A stretch of 64,000 bases of DNA from Azolla caroliniana (taxonomy: Eukaryota > Plantae > Polypodiophyta): positions 11,408,001 to 11,472,000 of the forward strand of contig JBHGNT010000022.1 in the NCBI GenBank assembly GCA_043228905.1, in the 5' to 3' direction. Below the pieces are notes generated by a model. The model ran no database searches. It worked only from the letters and a program-made list of their open reading frames with translations, and was not told the origin of the DNA. The position numbers and the translations under genes are program-made. This document shows, piece by piece, positions 50,001 to 63,571 of this stretch (the first letter of the stretch is position 1; every line of letters begins with the position of its first letter).

Positions 50001-50466
50001 CGACACAGAGAGACACGAATGTATGTATGTATTAACAAAGACAACAACAAGAACACGGAGGCAACAAAAACACGAAGTCGGTTACAACCGAACAGGCCGG
50101 CGAACAGATGTCGATACCTGTTCGTAAACACACAGAAAGGAAGGAGTAGGTTGGAGGTGCCGCCGGAAGCACTCGGGCATTCCTCAGAGCAGCGTGAGCC
50201 TCCCGAAACCTACACAAGAGGAAGCTATGGAGCTTGCGAACCAGAGAGAGAGAGAAGCCTTCAAACACAAACCGACGGCACTTCGTCCTCGACTCCCCGC
50301 GATCTCGTCTCCCTCCTTTTTATAGGCAAGGAAGGAGCCGTTTTCCCCTTTACTTCCTACCCACTAAATCTACCCGCCTAGGATCTTCTAAGGGCTTCAT
50401 TCGAGAAGAGCCGGTTCCTACGCTCCTGTGCACCGATTCCGCTTGTGGACGGTTTTCTTCACGACA
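44077..50466 (-). mobile_element. Element D: tRNA-Trp-primed gypsy element, same family as C, inserted in A gag; internal deletions in PR, RT and INT
   Basis: 617-bp LTRs 44077-44693 and 49850-50466; TSD GCGG; PBS TGGTGAACCCGACGTG at 49830-49845; PPT at 44694-44710. Confidence 0.95.
44767..49806 (-). pseudogene. gag-pol: Element D gag-PR and pol, fragmented
   Basis: ORF fragments nearly identical to element C proteins, broken by TAG stops and small deletions. Confidence 0.92.
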
Positions 50467-51850
50467 GCGGTGTGCGGTGTGTGCGGTGTTTGGAGGGGGG
50501 TCCCGATGACGATTGTCGTTTTGACATCGATTGTTCCTTGGACCTCTATAAGAGTGTCATCAATCGTTTCGTGAATACCGTTGATCGTACCGGTCCTCCT
50601 GGTCGTTGTCATACCGATCGTACTCATCATTCACTCTATATTGGTCGTCGTGGTACTGGTCACGGTCATTTGATCTCCTGCGATTGTCGTGGCGGTACCA
50701 GTCGTCGTGGTGACGGTAGTCGTCATCGCGGCGCTGGAGATCCGGGGATCGTGGTTGCTTGTTTGCCCGATGTTGGTATGATTGACGTTCATCCTACTGG
50801 GAGTATGTATTGCGCAACTCGATCTGGCGAACCGGAGCCGTCATTGTGCGTTTGAGCATGTTGTACTCACAATGTTTGATCGTGGAGCTCGGGACTGACA
50901 TATTGGGTAGTGTGGCTGGTGAGGGCACTCAAGAGCAAGATGGCCTGAGGCTGAGCAAGCCGTGCATTGGAGGGCTTGTTGGAAAGGATTGTCCTCCTGA
51001 GGAAGGGAGCTTTGCAAAGAGCCCATGGAGAAAACCGTGTTATGCTATGTCTGATCGATGGCGAGGACACGTGCGATGACTTGCTCGATAATATGGTTGG
51101 AGAAATTCGTAAGTGTGAGAGTCGTCTATAGAGGCTCCCGTAGGCTGGACAAGAAGGTATCCGGAATGTGATGAGCAGAGATATCGTCGGCCAGTTGTCG
51201 GTAGAGATCCTGAAACCGGATCGTGAACTGGGTGACCGTCTCGTGAGGTTCTTGGCTCATGGAAAAGAATTGTTGGAGTAGTTCCCGCTTCGGAACTTGG
51301 CGGTGAAATAATTCTAGGAATTTTGTTCGGATGTCATGGAACATTGTGACCTCCCCCATGTCGAGGTGGGATTACCATCAGGCAGTCGGGCCATCAAGGG
51401 ATAAAGCAAATTCCGCGATTTTGGAGGCCTCGATTTCGGTAGCCGATAACCGTTGTGTCGAGTGGTTGGCCTGCCATGTGGACACGAACGCCTAGGTGTG
51501 TGATTCCGCGTCGGGGCCATCGGTATATCGTGGGTAGGGGTAAGGCATGGTATCGAAATTCGGGTTCTCGGGTAAAGCTGAAAAAGGGTTAGGGTCAGGT
51601 TGGGTGACCTTTGGAGGGCTCGACGGGGAGGTTGGTGCGGAATCAACTCGCGACTGGGTATCGGGTGGCGACGATTGCAACCGGTGAGCCTCCGATAGTT
51701 CCTGGAATGATTGATCAGTGACCACCGAGTCGGAAGTTCCTTCGAGTGGCTCAGGGTGTCGGGCAGGTGGCCGAGTCCGCGTGATGCGATTGGGCGCCGT
51801 AATGGCGGCTGGGGTTTACTTCCAACGTAGTTCGTTGTGATCTTACAGCT
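50467..51850 (-). pseudogene. gag: Element A leader and gag remnant
   Basis: Retrotransposon gag-like FHDIRTKFLELF...QEPHETVTQFTIRF and knuckle CTACSASGHLALEC. Confidence 0.8.
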
Positions 51851-51853
51851 GTA

Positions 51854-51866
51854 ACCGGGCATGCCA
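51854..51866 (-). promoter_or_regulatory. Primer binding site of element A (tRNA-Arg(UCU)-type)
   Basis: TGGCATGCCCGGT, 5 nt inside the 5' LTR; near-complement of the plant tRNA-Arg 3' end as recalled (ACCGGGCGTGCCA). Confidence 0.75.
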
Positions 51867-51871
51867 AATTG

Positions 51872-52355
51872 TGTTAACCGTTTCTAGGGAAACACCTTCG
51901 ATGAGCCCACAGACTATCGGTGTCAAGGGATCGTGTTACGTGGAAGCCTCTTCTACACAGGGGAAAAGAAAGGAGAACGAGGAGCGTACATGAGCTACAA
52001 CCCATTAGGCATAAACGAAGCTCGATTTACGAGTACGGGGAGAATACACATATAGAAGATTAGAAAAACGAAACTTATATTAAATGATAAAGCTCACAGT
52101 GATTACAGTACTCGTCTCTCAACTGGAAACAGTTCGTACAGAGCTTGCTGCTAGGATATTACTCTCGCTAAGAATGATCTAGATATTCCCCCCTCGAGTT
52201 ATGCATAACTCGGGTTATATAGTTTTCCTTTTGATACAGAGTCAAGCCATCGGCTGATTGTGAGGGCTAAAACACAGCTATCTATTTCCTCACCTACTCT
52301 TCTACCTAACGACGAGTTTACATAATGTACTTATATTTCTGGCTTATGGACAACA
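51872..52355 (-). repeat. 5' LTR of element A
   Basis: Direct repeat of 2073-2558, followed by TSD ACTAG. Confidence 0.95.
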
Positions 52356-54621
52356 ACTAGAACCTTAATCTAGGGCCTTAGACCAACTCGACCACCTCAT
52401 CAACCCTCATGTGAATGATATTAGTCGTTTCTCAACAAAATCTTTGCATGTTCATGGATGATTTTATCGTAGACTATGATGCCTCGATGATTAGAGCGAG
52501 ATTTGAAGCCATGCCCTTTCGGACTAGAACCTTAATCTAGCACCTTAGACCAACTTTTCCACCTCATCAACCCTCATTGCAATGATATTAGAGATTTCTC
52601 CACAAAATATATGCATGTTATGGATGATTTTACCCTAGACTGTGATGCCTCGATGATGAGAGAGGGATTTGAACCCATGCCTTTCCGGACAAGAACCTTA
52701 AAATATCGCCTTAGACCAACTCGGCCACCTCATCAACCCTCAAATGAATGACATTAGGAGTTTATCAACAAAATCTTTGCATGATCATCGATGATTTTAC
52801 CCTAGATTGTGATACCTCCATAATGACGGGGAGATTTGAAGCCACTCCCTTTCCGACTAGAACCTTAATCTAAGAACTTAGACCAACTCGACCACCTCAT
52901 CAACCCTCATTTAAATGATATTATTTCATTTCATGGATGTTTTTACTGTAGAGTGTGATCCCTTGTTCATGAGAATGGGAATTGAACCTACGCCCTTGCG
53001 GACGAGAACCTTAATCTAGCGCCTTAGTCCAACCCGGCCACCTCATCAACCCTCAAGTTGTATTTCTCGATATTTCTCAATGAAATCTTTGCCTGTTCGT
53101 GGATGATTTTAGCAGATGATTTTACCCTAGACTGTGACCCCTCGATGATGACAGTGGGATTTAAACCCACGGCCTTTCGGACTAGAACCTTAATCTAGCG
53201 CCTTACACCAACTCGGCCACCTCATCAACCCTTGTGTGATTGATAATAGGAATTTCTCAAAAAAATCTCTTAATGTTCATAGATGACTTTACCCTAGACC
53301 TTGATGCCTTGATGATGAGAGTGGGATTTGAACCCACGCCCTTTCGGACTAGAACCTTAATCTAGCGCCTTAGACCAACTCGGCCACCTCATCAACCCTC
53401 AAGTGAATGATATTAGACATTTCACAACAAAATCTTTACATGTTCATCGTTGATTTTACCCTACACTGTGATGCCTCGATGATGAGAGTGGGATTTGAAC
53501 CCACACCCTTTTGGACTAGAACCTTAATCTAGCGCATTAGACCAACTCGGCCACCTCATCAACCCTCAAGTCGTACTTTGGGATATTTCTCAACGAAATC
53601 TTTGCATGTTCATGGATGATTTTAGTAGATGATTTTACCCTAGACTGTGAGCCCTCGATGATGACAGTGGGATTTTAAACCCACGCCCTTTCAAACTAGA
53701 ACCTTAATCTAGCGCCTTAAACAAACTCTGCCAATCTCATCAACCCTTATGTCAATGATAATAGGCATTTCTCAACAAAATCTTTTAATGTTCATGGATA
53801 ATTTTACCCTATACTTTGATACCTCGATGATGAGAGTGGGATTTGAACCCACGCCCTTTCGGACTAGAACCTTAATCTAGGGCCTTAGACCAACTCGGCC
53901 ACCTCATCAACCCTCAAGTTATATTGGATATTTCTCAATGAAATCTTTACATGTTCGTGAATGATTTTATACTAAACTTTGATGCCTCGACGATGAGATT
54001 GGGATTTCAACCCACGCCCTTTCGGACTAGAACCTTATTCTAGCGCCTTAGAGAAACTCGGCCACCTCATCAACCCTCAAGTCGTAATTTTGGATATTTC
54101 TCGTCGAAATCTTTGCATGTTCGTGGCTAATTTTATTAAAGGATTTTAACCTAGACATGAGCCCTCGATGATGACAGATGGATTTAAACCCACGCCCTTT
54201 CAGACTAGAACCTTAATCTAGCGCCTTAGAACAACTCAGCCACCTCATCAACCCTTGTGTGAATGATAATAGGCAATTCTCAACAAAATCTTTTAATGTT
54301 CATGGATGATTTTACCCTATACTTTTATACCTCAATGATGAGAGTGGGATTAGAACCCACGCCCTTTCGGACTAGAACATTAATATAGCGCCTTAGTCCA
54401 ACTAGGCCACCTCATCAACCCTAAAGCCATAATTGATATTTCTCAACGAAATCTTTGCATGTTCGTGGATGATTTTATGCTAAACTGTGATTCCTCGATG
54501 ATGAGAGTGGGATTAGAACCCACGCCCTTTCGGACTAGAACATTAATATAGCGCCTTAGTCCAACTAGGCCACCTCATCAACCCTAAAGCCATAATTGAT
54601 ATTTCTCAACGAAGTCTTTGC
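52356..54621 (-). repeat. tRNA-Leu(AAG) tandem array, about 14 units
   Basis: Head-to-tail ~165-180 bp units, each an 81-nt tRNA plus a conserved spacer. Confidence 0.96.
53313..53393 (-). tRNA. trnL-AAG: tRNA-Leu(AAG), apparently intact copy
   Basis: Acceptor GATGAGG/TCTCATC plus discriminator A; A-box TGGCCGAGTTGG; anticodon arm CTAGA-TTAAGGT-TCTAG; long variable arm; T-arm GTGGG-TTCAAAT-CCCAC. Confidence 0.88.
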
Positions 54622-54648
54622 GTTCGCGTTTAACCATGCCCTAGAGTT

Positions 54649-57600
54649 CGATACCCTAGAGTTCGCGTTTAACCTGGGCGTACCCTCGCTGTCGCTCACT
54701 GAGGACCTTCGCGCCGAATCGGATCGGGAACTGAATGCCGTCCTCGTCTTCTTGGTTGACGACCCATCCGATCCCGGTCAGGCTCGTATCCACCGTTATG
54801 TATACCGGTGTACCCTTCTCGTAGACAGCCTTCCGGAGCGCCGGTGCTGCCGCAAGAGCTTCCTTCAACTTCTGGACCGATTCCGTGTGCTCGTCTCGCC
54901 ACTCGAATCTTTGCCCCTTCTTCAGCAACCCGTATAGTGGCTCCGCAACGTGGGCGTAATGCGGGATCCATATGTGGTAGAACGCGCATGCCCCCAGGAA
55001 CCTCCGAACTTCCGTAACCGAGCTACAATCGGTCTTCATTGCGGAGATGGCTTCTACCTTTGCCGGAGACGGCTTCCGGCCATAAGGTTCACATAGGTGT
55101 CCGACCACCAGGATTTCCGATTGCCCGAAGGCCGATTTCTCCCCGGAGAAGGTGAGCCTCGCATCCTCTAGCCTTTGTAGCACCTTCTCGCAGTCGTTGA
55201 TGTGTGTCGCCACGAATCGCCGGCATCCGTCCGGCCCGACTGTCTCGTCCTTCTCCTCCACTGGGCACCCCTTGATCGGCATTTCATCTAGAAACGGCAT
55301 GGTGATGTCCGGGATGCAATCCCTCACTACCTTGTTCATTGCATTCAGCATGTGGGCTACCGAGTTGGTCCCTCCTTGTGGCAGGGTACACATTCGCACT
55401 AGGCCGAGGGGGGTTCGCGTCTCTGCTCTCCACGGCTAGCTGGAACTGGTCGTACCCCGAGTACAGATCACCGACCGAGTAAATCGACCTTCCGGCGAAG
55501 GCCTCTGCGAATTCATCTATGGTCGGTCTGATTCCTGCGTTCCGGATGGTCACTCTGTTGACCGGCTGCAGGTCCTGAATGAAGCGCAATGTTCCGTTTT
55601 TATTCGGTACGGTAAACCATCGGTTCGAGTATGGCGCGCTCGACGGTTCGAGAATACCCATATCGACTTTCTGCCTCAATAGCTCCATCAACTTCGGGAT
55701 GTGAGCTCTCAGTACTGGAATCGGCTTGAGATTCCACGGTACATGCGGTACCGTGAATATCACCATCGGCTCCACGATCGTCGAGTCTACGCACCCGATC
55801 TCTTTCGGTGAGAATGCGAAGGTTTTCCCGTGCCTTCCGAGCATTCTCCGAAACCGGTCTTCCTCCGTCGGCAGTAGGAACCCGCCCCCACCGATTTTGA
55901 GCTCCCGGAGCGTTCCGTCGGTGAAGGTGTGTCCTATGCAGGCCGGATCTCGTAAACTGGGGTCCGACGCCACCCCTCTGATCCGGGACTCGCTGCCCTC
56001 CGGCAAGGGTGCCGCGAATGGCCTTACCTTCCGGTCCACAGTCTTGTACCTCGTGCTAACTCGGGCCGTCCGATCCAACCCGAGCCCCCGACTGAAGTTC
56101 GCAATGACTTCGTACATCTCTTCGGAACATACCGGTATCGTCCGGTCTTCGTTAAGGTCTTCTCCGGCTACCTTCCTCAGCATTCCCAAGGTGTCGTCGA
56201 AGGAGACCACCTCCACGGCTCCGCTGATTTCCGTCCGGGCCGAGAACTCCGCACGCTCGAAGTCGCACTTCCGCCCTTGTCTTTTCTCGGCCGACGATGC
56301 CGACTATCATACACCCTCCATTGTCGGAGAAGCAAAATCCCCTACCTATCGTACAGTCGTCCCGAGTGTCCGGACTGTCTCGGCCCCACGCCTTGGCAGC
56401 CCTCTCTAAAAATCCTCCCAGTTCTCACCACCGAGGGATTCACGGTTTCGCTCGTGGTTCGGTTGCACCGTCAGAAATAGGACCGAATGGCGCTCGTCCT
56501 GGCTTTTGACCCTCGCATAGGCCGAACCATTGTCCAACACCTCTCGCAATGACAGCTCCACTTTGTTGTCGAGGATCCGTTCTTCTAGGACCTTTCGTAG
56601 GTCCGTAGTCCTTTCTATCTCCGTCCCCAATCGGTATCCGCCCTTCCTGGGGTTATCTTACGAGCTGGACCCGCCGGCATCGTTCCGTCGTTGCCCGAAT
56701 CGGGTCTCGTACCGTTCTGAGGGCCCGGCCGCTCCGGCTTTCCCCACTTGTTTGTCTTCTACCAGGGCCTCGTAGTTCCGGCAGGCGGCTTCTACGAAGC
56801 CCATCTTCTCCTCGATCGGATCGCTCCACCCGGTTATTTCCCGGACCCGTCTCTCAGCGTGGTCCGTTTCATCTTTCCTCAGTCGTGCGCCAGCGAGGCC
56901 TTCCAACATTGCCGACCAGAAACCGTCTTTGCTCTCCTTTCGGGCCTCGCTGCCCCCGACCCGAATACTGGCCGACGATGAGTAGTGGATGGCCTCCACG
57001 TGCCGGGCCGCTGCCTCTTCCATCAGTCTCTTCATACCTCCTCGCCCGTCGTTTCGGTTCAGGGCCCTCCTAGTGTCGCCGGCGTGCACCCGGCCTTCCC
57101 ACAGGTACACCACCCTGTTCCTTAACGCCTCTACGAAATCGCCGCAGTCCTTCCGAATGTGGCCGACCTCGTCGCACCACATGCACTTGTTCCCCGCTGC
57201 CGGCCGTCGGTCACGAGCCGATTCACCGCCTTCCCTTCGAGTCTGGGCGATCTGGAGATCCTTTATCGCCCGCGTCAACTCCTCTAGCGCTGCTCCTCCG
57301 GACGAGCCATTGACAACGCCGACCGAAGCCGGACCGGTTTCGAGCCTTTCCCGGGTTTCTTCCCTTCGCACTTGCGGTGCCAGTTCAAGCCTCCTTGCTG
57401 TGACAGAGACCGCGCCGGCCGCTCCGTTGTCAGCCCATTCTCGCCGTTTGTCGAAACGGCCACAGACTCTCTTAACCGCAGCCTAGTCGGTTGTCAGCCC
57501 GTCTTCGGTTTCCAGCAAGGAGCCGACTTGATCTCTGTCCCGCTCGTCCACCGACTTGACGAACAATAGGACCCGGCTCGTATCCAGAACGGTTCGGTCA

Positions 57601-60600
57601 AGCGCCGAAAGGCGCGCAAAGCGTTCTTCGAACTCCCGGAGGAGTGCCGACGCGTTTCTTCCCTTGCCGGGGGACTCCACCCATTCCATGAAGTCCCGTT
57701 TCGAAAGCCGGAGCGCGTCGTCCAACCCGTATTTTTCTAGGAGTCGGCCTTCGAACTCCTCCCAAGTACGGCTCTCCGCCCGCACCTCGAGAACCTCCGC
57801 ATGGATGCTCGGCATCGCCACTCGAGGAAACCCGGCAAGACGCCTCTCTTCCGGAATGTCCCGCATCAGCATTTCTGCCCCGTAGGACGCCAAATACTTC
57901 GTGGCATCCTTTCCGCTGAACCGGCCGATCGTACCGACAACCGCCTCAATGGCTCTGTCGAGGGCGCCGGTGCCCTCACGTGCACTCAATATCCGATCCA
58001 CGGCCGAAGCCATGGCCTCTGCAAGATCCGACCCCTTCATCTTCTGCTCTTCTGCCGCCTCCTTCACGTCGGGTTCACCAAAGATGTCGAGGTATTCCTC
58101 GCGGATGCGTGGAATGAGGCGGGACCTCGGGGGTCCTGTACCGAAGAGCAAGAGAGAAAGGAGAAGAAACCCACTACGTGCGAGCGTAGATTCACAGGGA
58201 CACGGCCCTTCGACACAAAGACGCGAGTGGGACACCGACACAGAGAGACACGAATGTATGTATGTATTAACAAAGACAACAACAAGAACACGGAGGCAAC
58301 AAAAACACGAAGTCGGTTACAACCGAACAGGCCGGCGAACAGATGTCGATACCTGTTCGTAAACACACAGAAAGGAAGGAGTAGGTTGGAGGTGCCGCCG
58401 GAAGCACTCGGGCATTCCTCAGAGCAGCGTGAGCCTCCCGAAACCTACACAAGAGGAAGCTATGGAGCTTGCGAACCAGAGAGAGAGAGAAGCCTTCAAA
58501 CACAAACCGACGGCACTTCGTCCTCGACTCCCCGCGATCTCGTCTCCCTCCTTTTTATAGGCAAGGAAGGAGCCGTTTTCCCCTTTACTTCCTACCCACT
58601 AAATCTACCCGCCTAGGATCTTCTAAGGGCTTCATTCGAGAAGAGCCGGTTCCTACGCTCCTGTGCACCGATTCCGCTTGTGGACGGTTTTCTTCACGAC
58701 AGCGGTGTGCGGTGTGTGCGGTGTTTGGAGGGGGGTCCCGATGACGATTGTCGTTTTGACATCGATTGTTCCTTGGACCTCTATAAGAGTGTCATCAATC
58801 GTTTCGTGAATACCGTTGATCGTACCGGTCCTCCTGGTCGTTGTCATACCGATCGTACTCATCATTCACTCTATATTGGTCGTCGTGGTACTGGTCACGG
58901 TCATTTGATCTCCTGCGATTGTCGTGGCGGTACCAGTCGTCGTGGTGACGGTAGTCGTCATCGCGGCGCTGGAGATCCGGGGATCGTGGTTGCTTGTTTG
59001 CCCGATGTTGGTATGATTGACGTTCATCCTACTGGGAGTATGTATTGCGCAACTCGATCTGGCGAACCGGAGCCGTCATTGTGCGTTTGAGCATGTTGTA
59101 CTCACAATGTTTGATCGTGGAGCTCGGGACTGACATATTGGGTAGTGTGGCTGGTGAGGGCACTCAAGAGCAAGATGGCCTGAGGCTGAGCAAGCCGTGC
59201 ATTGGAGGGCTTGTTGGAAAGGATTGTCCTCCTGAGGAAGGGAGCTTTGCAAAGAGCCCATGGAGAAAACCGTGTTATGCTATGTCTGATCGATGGCGAG
59301 GACACGTGCGATGACTTGCTCGATAATATGGTTGGAGAAATTCGTAAGTGTGAGAGTCGTCTATAGAGGCTCCCGTAGGCTGGACAAGAAGGTATCCGGA
59401 ATGTGATGAGCAGAGATATCGTCGGCCAGTTGTCGGTAGAGATCCTGAAACCGGATCGTGAACTGGGTGACCGTCTCGTGAGGTTCTTGGCTCATGGAAA
59501 AGAATTGTTGGAGTAGTTCCCGCTTCGGAACTTGGCGGTGAAATAATTCTAGGAATTTTGTTCGGATGTCATGGAACATTGTGACCTCCCCCATGTCGAG
59601 GTGGGATTACCATCAGGCAGTCGGGCCATCAAGGGATAAAGCAAATTCCGCGATTTTGGAGGCCTCGATTTCGGTAGCCGATAACCGTTGTGTCGAGTGG
59701 TTGGCCTGCCATGTGGACACGAACGCCTAGGTGTGTGATTCCGCGTCGGGGCCATCGGTATATCGTGGGTAGGGGTAAGGCATGGTATCGAAATTCGGGT
59801 TCTCGGGTAAAGCTGAAAAAGGGTTAGGGTCAGGTTGGGTGACCTTTGGAGGGCTCGACGGGGAGGTTGGTGCGGAATCAACTCGCGACTGGGTATCGGG
59901 TGGCGACGATTGCAACCGGTGAGCCTCCGATAGTTCCTGGAATGATTGATCAGTGACCACCGAGTCGGAAGTTCCTTCGAGTGGCTCAGGGTGTCGGGCA
60001 GGTGGCCGAGTCCGCGTGATGCGATTGGGCGCCGTAATGGCGGCTGGGGTTTACTTCCAACGTAGTTCGTTGTGATCTTACAGCTGTAACCGGGCATGCC
60101 AAATTGTGTTAACCGTTTCTAGGGAAACACCTTCGATGAGCCCACAGACTATCGGTGTCAAGGGATCGTGTTACGTGGAAGCCTCTTCTACACAGGGGAA
60201 AAGAAAGGAGAACGAGGAGCGTACATGAGCTACAACCCATTAGGCATAAACGAAGCTCGATTTACGAGTACGGGGAGAATACACATATAGAAGATTAGAA
60301 AAACGAAACTTATATTAAATGATAAAGCTCACAGTGATTACAGTACTCGTCTCTCAACTGGAAACAGTTCGTACAGAGCTTGCTGCTAGGATATTACTCT
60401 CGCTAAGAATGATCTAGATATTCCCCCCTCGAGTTATGCATAACTCGGGTTATATAGTTTTCCTTTTGATACAGAGTCAAGCCATCGGCTGATTGTGAGG
60501 GCTAAAACACAGCTATCTATTTCCTCACCTACTCTTCTACCTAACGACGAGTTTACATAATGTACTTATATTTCTGGCTTATGGACAACAACTAGAACCT

Positions 60601-62856
60601 TAATCTAGGGCCTTAGACCAACTCGACCACCTCATCAACCCTCATGTGAATGATATTAGTCGTTTCTCAACAAAATCTTTGCATGTTCATGGATGATTTT
60701 ATCGTAGACTATGATGCCTCGATGATTAGAGCGAGATTTGAAGCCATGCCCTTTCGGACTAGAACCTTAATCTAGCACCTTAGACCAACTTTTCCACCTC
60801 ATCAACCCTCATTGCAATGATATTAGAGATTTCTCCACAAAATATATGCATGTTATGGATGATTTTACCCTAGACTGTGATGCCTCGATGATGAGAGAGG
60901 GATTTGAACCCATGCCTTTCCGGACAAGAACCTTAAAATATCGCCTTAGACCAACTCGGCCACCTCATCAACCCTCAAATGAATGACATTAGGAGTTTAT
61001 CAACAAAATCTTTGCATGATCATCGATGATTTTACCCTAGATTGTGATACCTCCATAATGACGGGGAGATTTGAAGCCACTCCCTTTCCGACTAGAACCT
61101 TAATCTAAGAACTTAGACCAACTCGACCACCTCATCAACCCTCATTTAAATGATATTATTTCATTTCATGGATGTTTTTACTGTAGAGTGTGATCCCTTG
61201 TTCATGAGAATGGGAATTGAACCTACGCCCTTGCGGACGAGAACCTTAATCTAGCGCCTTAGTCCAACCCGGCCACCTCATCAACCCTCAAGTTGTATTT
61301 CTCGATATTTCTCAATGAAATCTTTGCCTGTTCGTGGATGATTTTAGCAGATGATTTTACCCTAGACTGTGACCCCTCGATGATGACAGTGGGATTTAAA
61401 CCCACGGCCTTTCGGACTAGAACCTTAATCTAGCGCCTTACACCAACTCGGCCACCTCATCAACCCTTGTGTGATTGATAATAGGAATTTCTCAAAAAAA
61501 TCTCTTAATGTTCATAGATGACTTTACCCTAGACCTTGATGCCTTGATGATGAGAGTGGGATTTGAACCCACGCCCTTTCGGACTAGAACCTTAATCTAG
61601 CGCCTTAGACCAACTCGGCCACCTCATCAACCCTCAAGTGAATGATATTAGACATTTCACAACAAAATCTTTACATGTTCATCGTTGATTTTACCCTACA
61701 CTGTGATGCCTCGATGATGAGAGTGGGATTTGAACCCACACCCTTTTGGACTAGAACCTTAATCTAGCGCATTAGACCAACTCGGCCACCTCATCAACCC
61801 TCAAGTCGTACTTTTGGATATTTCTCAACGAAATCTTTGCATGTTCATGGATGATTTTAGTAGATGATTTTACCCTAGACTGTGAGCCCTCGATGATGAC
61901 AGTGGGATTTTAAACCCACGCCCTTTCAAACTAGAACCTTAATCTAGCGCCTTAAACAAACTCTGCCAATCTCATCAACCCTTATGTCAATGATAATAGG
62001 CATTTCTCAACAAAATCTTTTAATGTTCATGGATAATTTTACCCTATACTTTGATACCTCGATGATGAGAGTGGGATTTGAACCCACGCCCTTTCGGACT
62101 AGAACCTTAATCTAGGGCCTTAGACCAACTCGGCCACCTCATCAACCCTCAAGTTATATTGGATATTTCTCAATGAAATCTTTACATGTTCGTGAATGAT
62201 TTTATACTAAACTTTGATGCCTCGACGATGAGATTGGGATTTCAACCCACGCCCTTTCGGACTAGAACCTTATTCTAGCGCCTTAGAGAAACTCGGCCAC
62301 CTCATCAACCCTCAAGTCGTAATTTTGGATATTTCTCGTCGAAATCTTTGCATGTTCGTGGCTAATTTTATTAAAGGATTTTAACCTAGACATGAGCCCT
62401 CGATGATGACAGATGGATTTAAACCCACGCCCTTTCAGACTAGAACCTTAATCTAGCGCCTTAGAACAACTCAGCCACCTCATCAACCCTTGTGTGAATG
62501 ATAATAGGCAATTCTCAACAAAATCTTTTAATGTTCATGGATGATTTTACCCTATACTTTTATACCTCAATGATGAGAGTGGGATTAGAACCCACGCCCT
62601 TTCGGACTAGAACATTAATATAGCGCCTTAGTCCAACTAGGCCACCTCATCAACCCTAAAGCCATAATTGATATTTCTCAACGAAATCTTTGCATGTTCG
62701 TGGATGATTTTATGCTAAACTGTGATTCCTCGATGATGAGAGTGGGATTAGAACCCACGCCCTTTCGGACTAGAACATTAATATAGCGCCTTAGTCCAAC
62801 TAGGCCACCTCATCAACCCTAAAGCCATAATTGATATTTCTCAACGAAGTCTTTGC
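54649..62856. repeat. ~8.2 kb tandem duplication of 46436-54621 (part of D, A gag/PBS/LTR, tRNA array)
   Basis: Near-identical sequence at offsets 8213 then 8235; 27-bp filler at 54622-54648; D LTR copy at 58085-58701 and A LTR copy at 60107-60590. Confidence 0.97.
61548..61628 (-). tRNA. trnL-AAG: tRNA-Leu(AAG), apparently intact (duplicate of 53313-53393)
   Basis: Consensus cloverleaf sequence. Confidence 0.88.
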
Positions 62857-62896
62857 ATGTTCGTGGATGATTTTATGCTAAACTGTGATTCCTCGA

Positions 62897-62977
62897 TGAT
62901 GAGAGTGGGATTTGAACCCACGCCCTTTCGGACTAGAACCTTAATCTAGCGCCTTAGACCAACTCGGCCACCTCATC
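62897..62977 (-). tRNA. trnL-AAG: tRNA-Leu(AAG), apparently intact
   Basis: Consensus cloverleaf sequence. Confidence 0.88.
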
Positions 62978-63571
62978 AACCCTCAAGTCAAATTTGATAT
63001 GTCTCAAAGAAATCTTTGCATGTTCGTGGATGATTTTATGCTAAACTGTGATGCCTCGATGATAAGAGTGGGATTTGAACCCACGCCCTTCGGACTACAA
63101 CCTTAATCTAGCGCTTTAGACCAACTCGGCCACCTCATCAACCCTCAAGTCATATTTTTGGATATTTCTCATCGAAATCTTTGCATGTTCGTGGATGATT
63201 TTAGCAGATGATTTTACCCTAGACTGCGAGCCCTCAATGATGATAGTGGGATTTAAACCCACGACCTTTCAGACTAGAACCTTAATCTAGCGCCTTAGAC
63301 CAACTTGACCACCTCATCAACCCTTGTGTGAATGATAATAGGCATTTCTCAAAAAAATCTTTTAATGTTCATGGATTACTTTACCCCAAACTGCGAGCCC
63401 TCAATGATGACAGTGGGATTTAAACCCACGCCCTTTCAGACTAGAACCTTAATCTAGCGCCTTAGACCAACTCGACCACCTCATCAACCCTTGTGTGAAT
63501 GATAATAGGCATTTTTCAAAAAAATCTTTTAATGTTCATGGATTACTTTACCCTAGACTTTGATGCCTCGA

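Larger units (their letters stand above)
2073..52355 (-). mobile_element. Element A: outermost Ty3/gypsy LTR retrotransposon (Athila-like), degenerate, hosting B, I and D
   Basis: LTRs 2073-2558 and 51872-52355 (TG...CA, about 5% diverged by eye); 5-bp TSD ACTAG at 2068-2072 and 52356-52360 splitting one tRNA-Leu copy; gag-PR-RT-RH-INT remnants on the minus strand. Confidence 0.95.

Noticed and set aside
54649-62856. Duplication as an assembly artefact
   Set aside because: Templated filler, SNPs and a 22-bp indel argue for a real event, though reads are needed for certainty.
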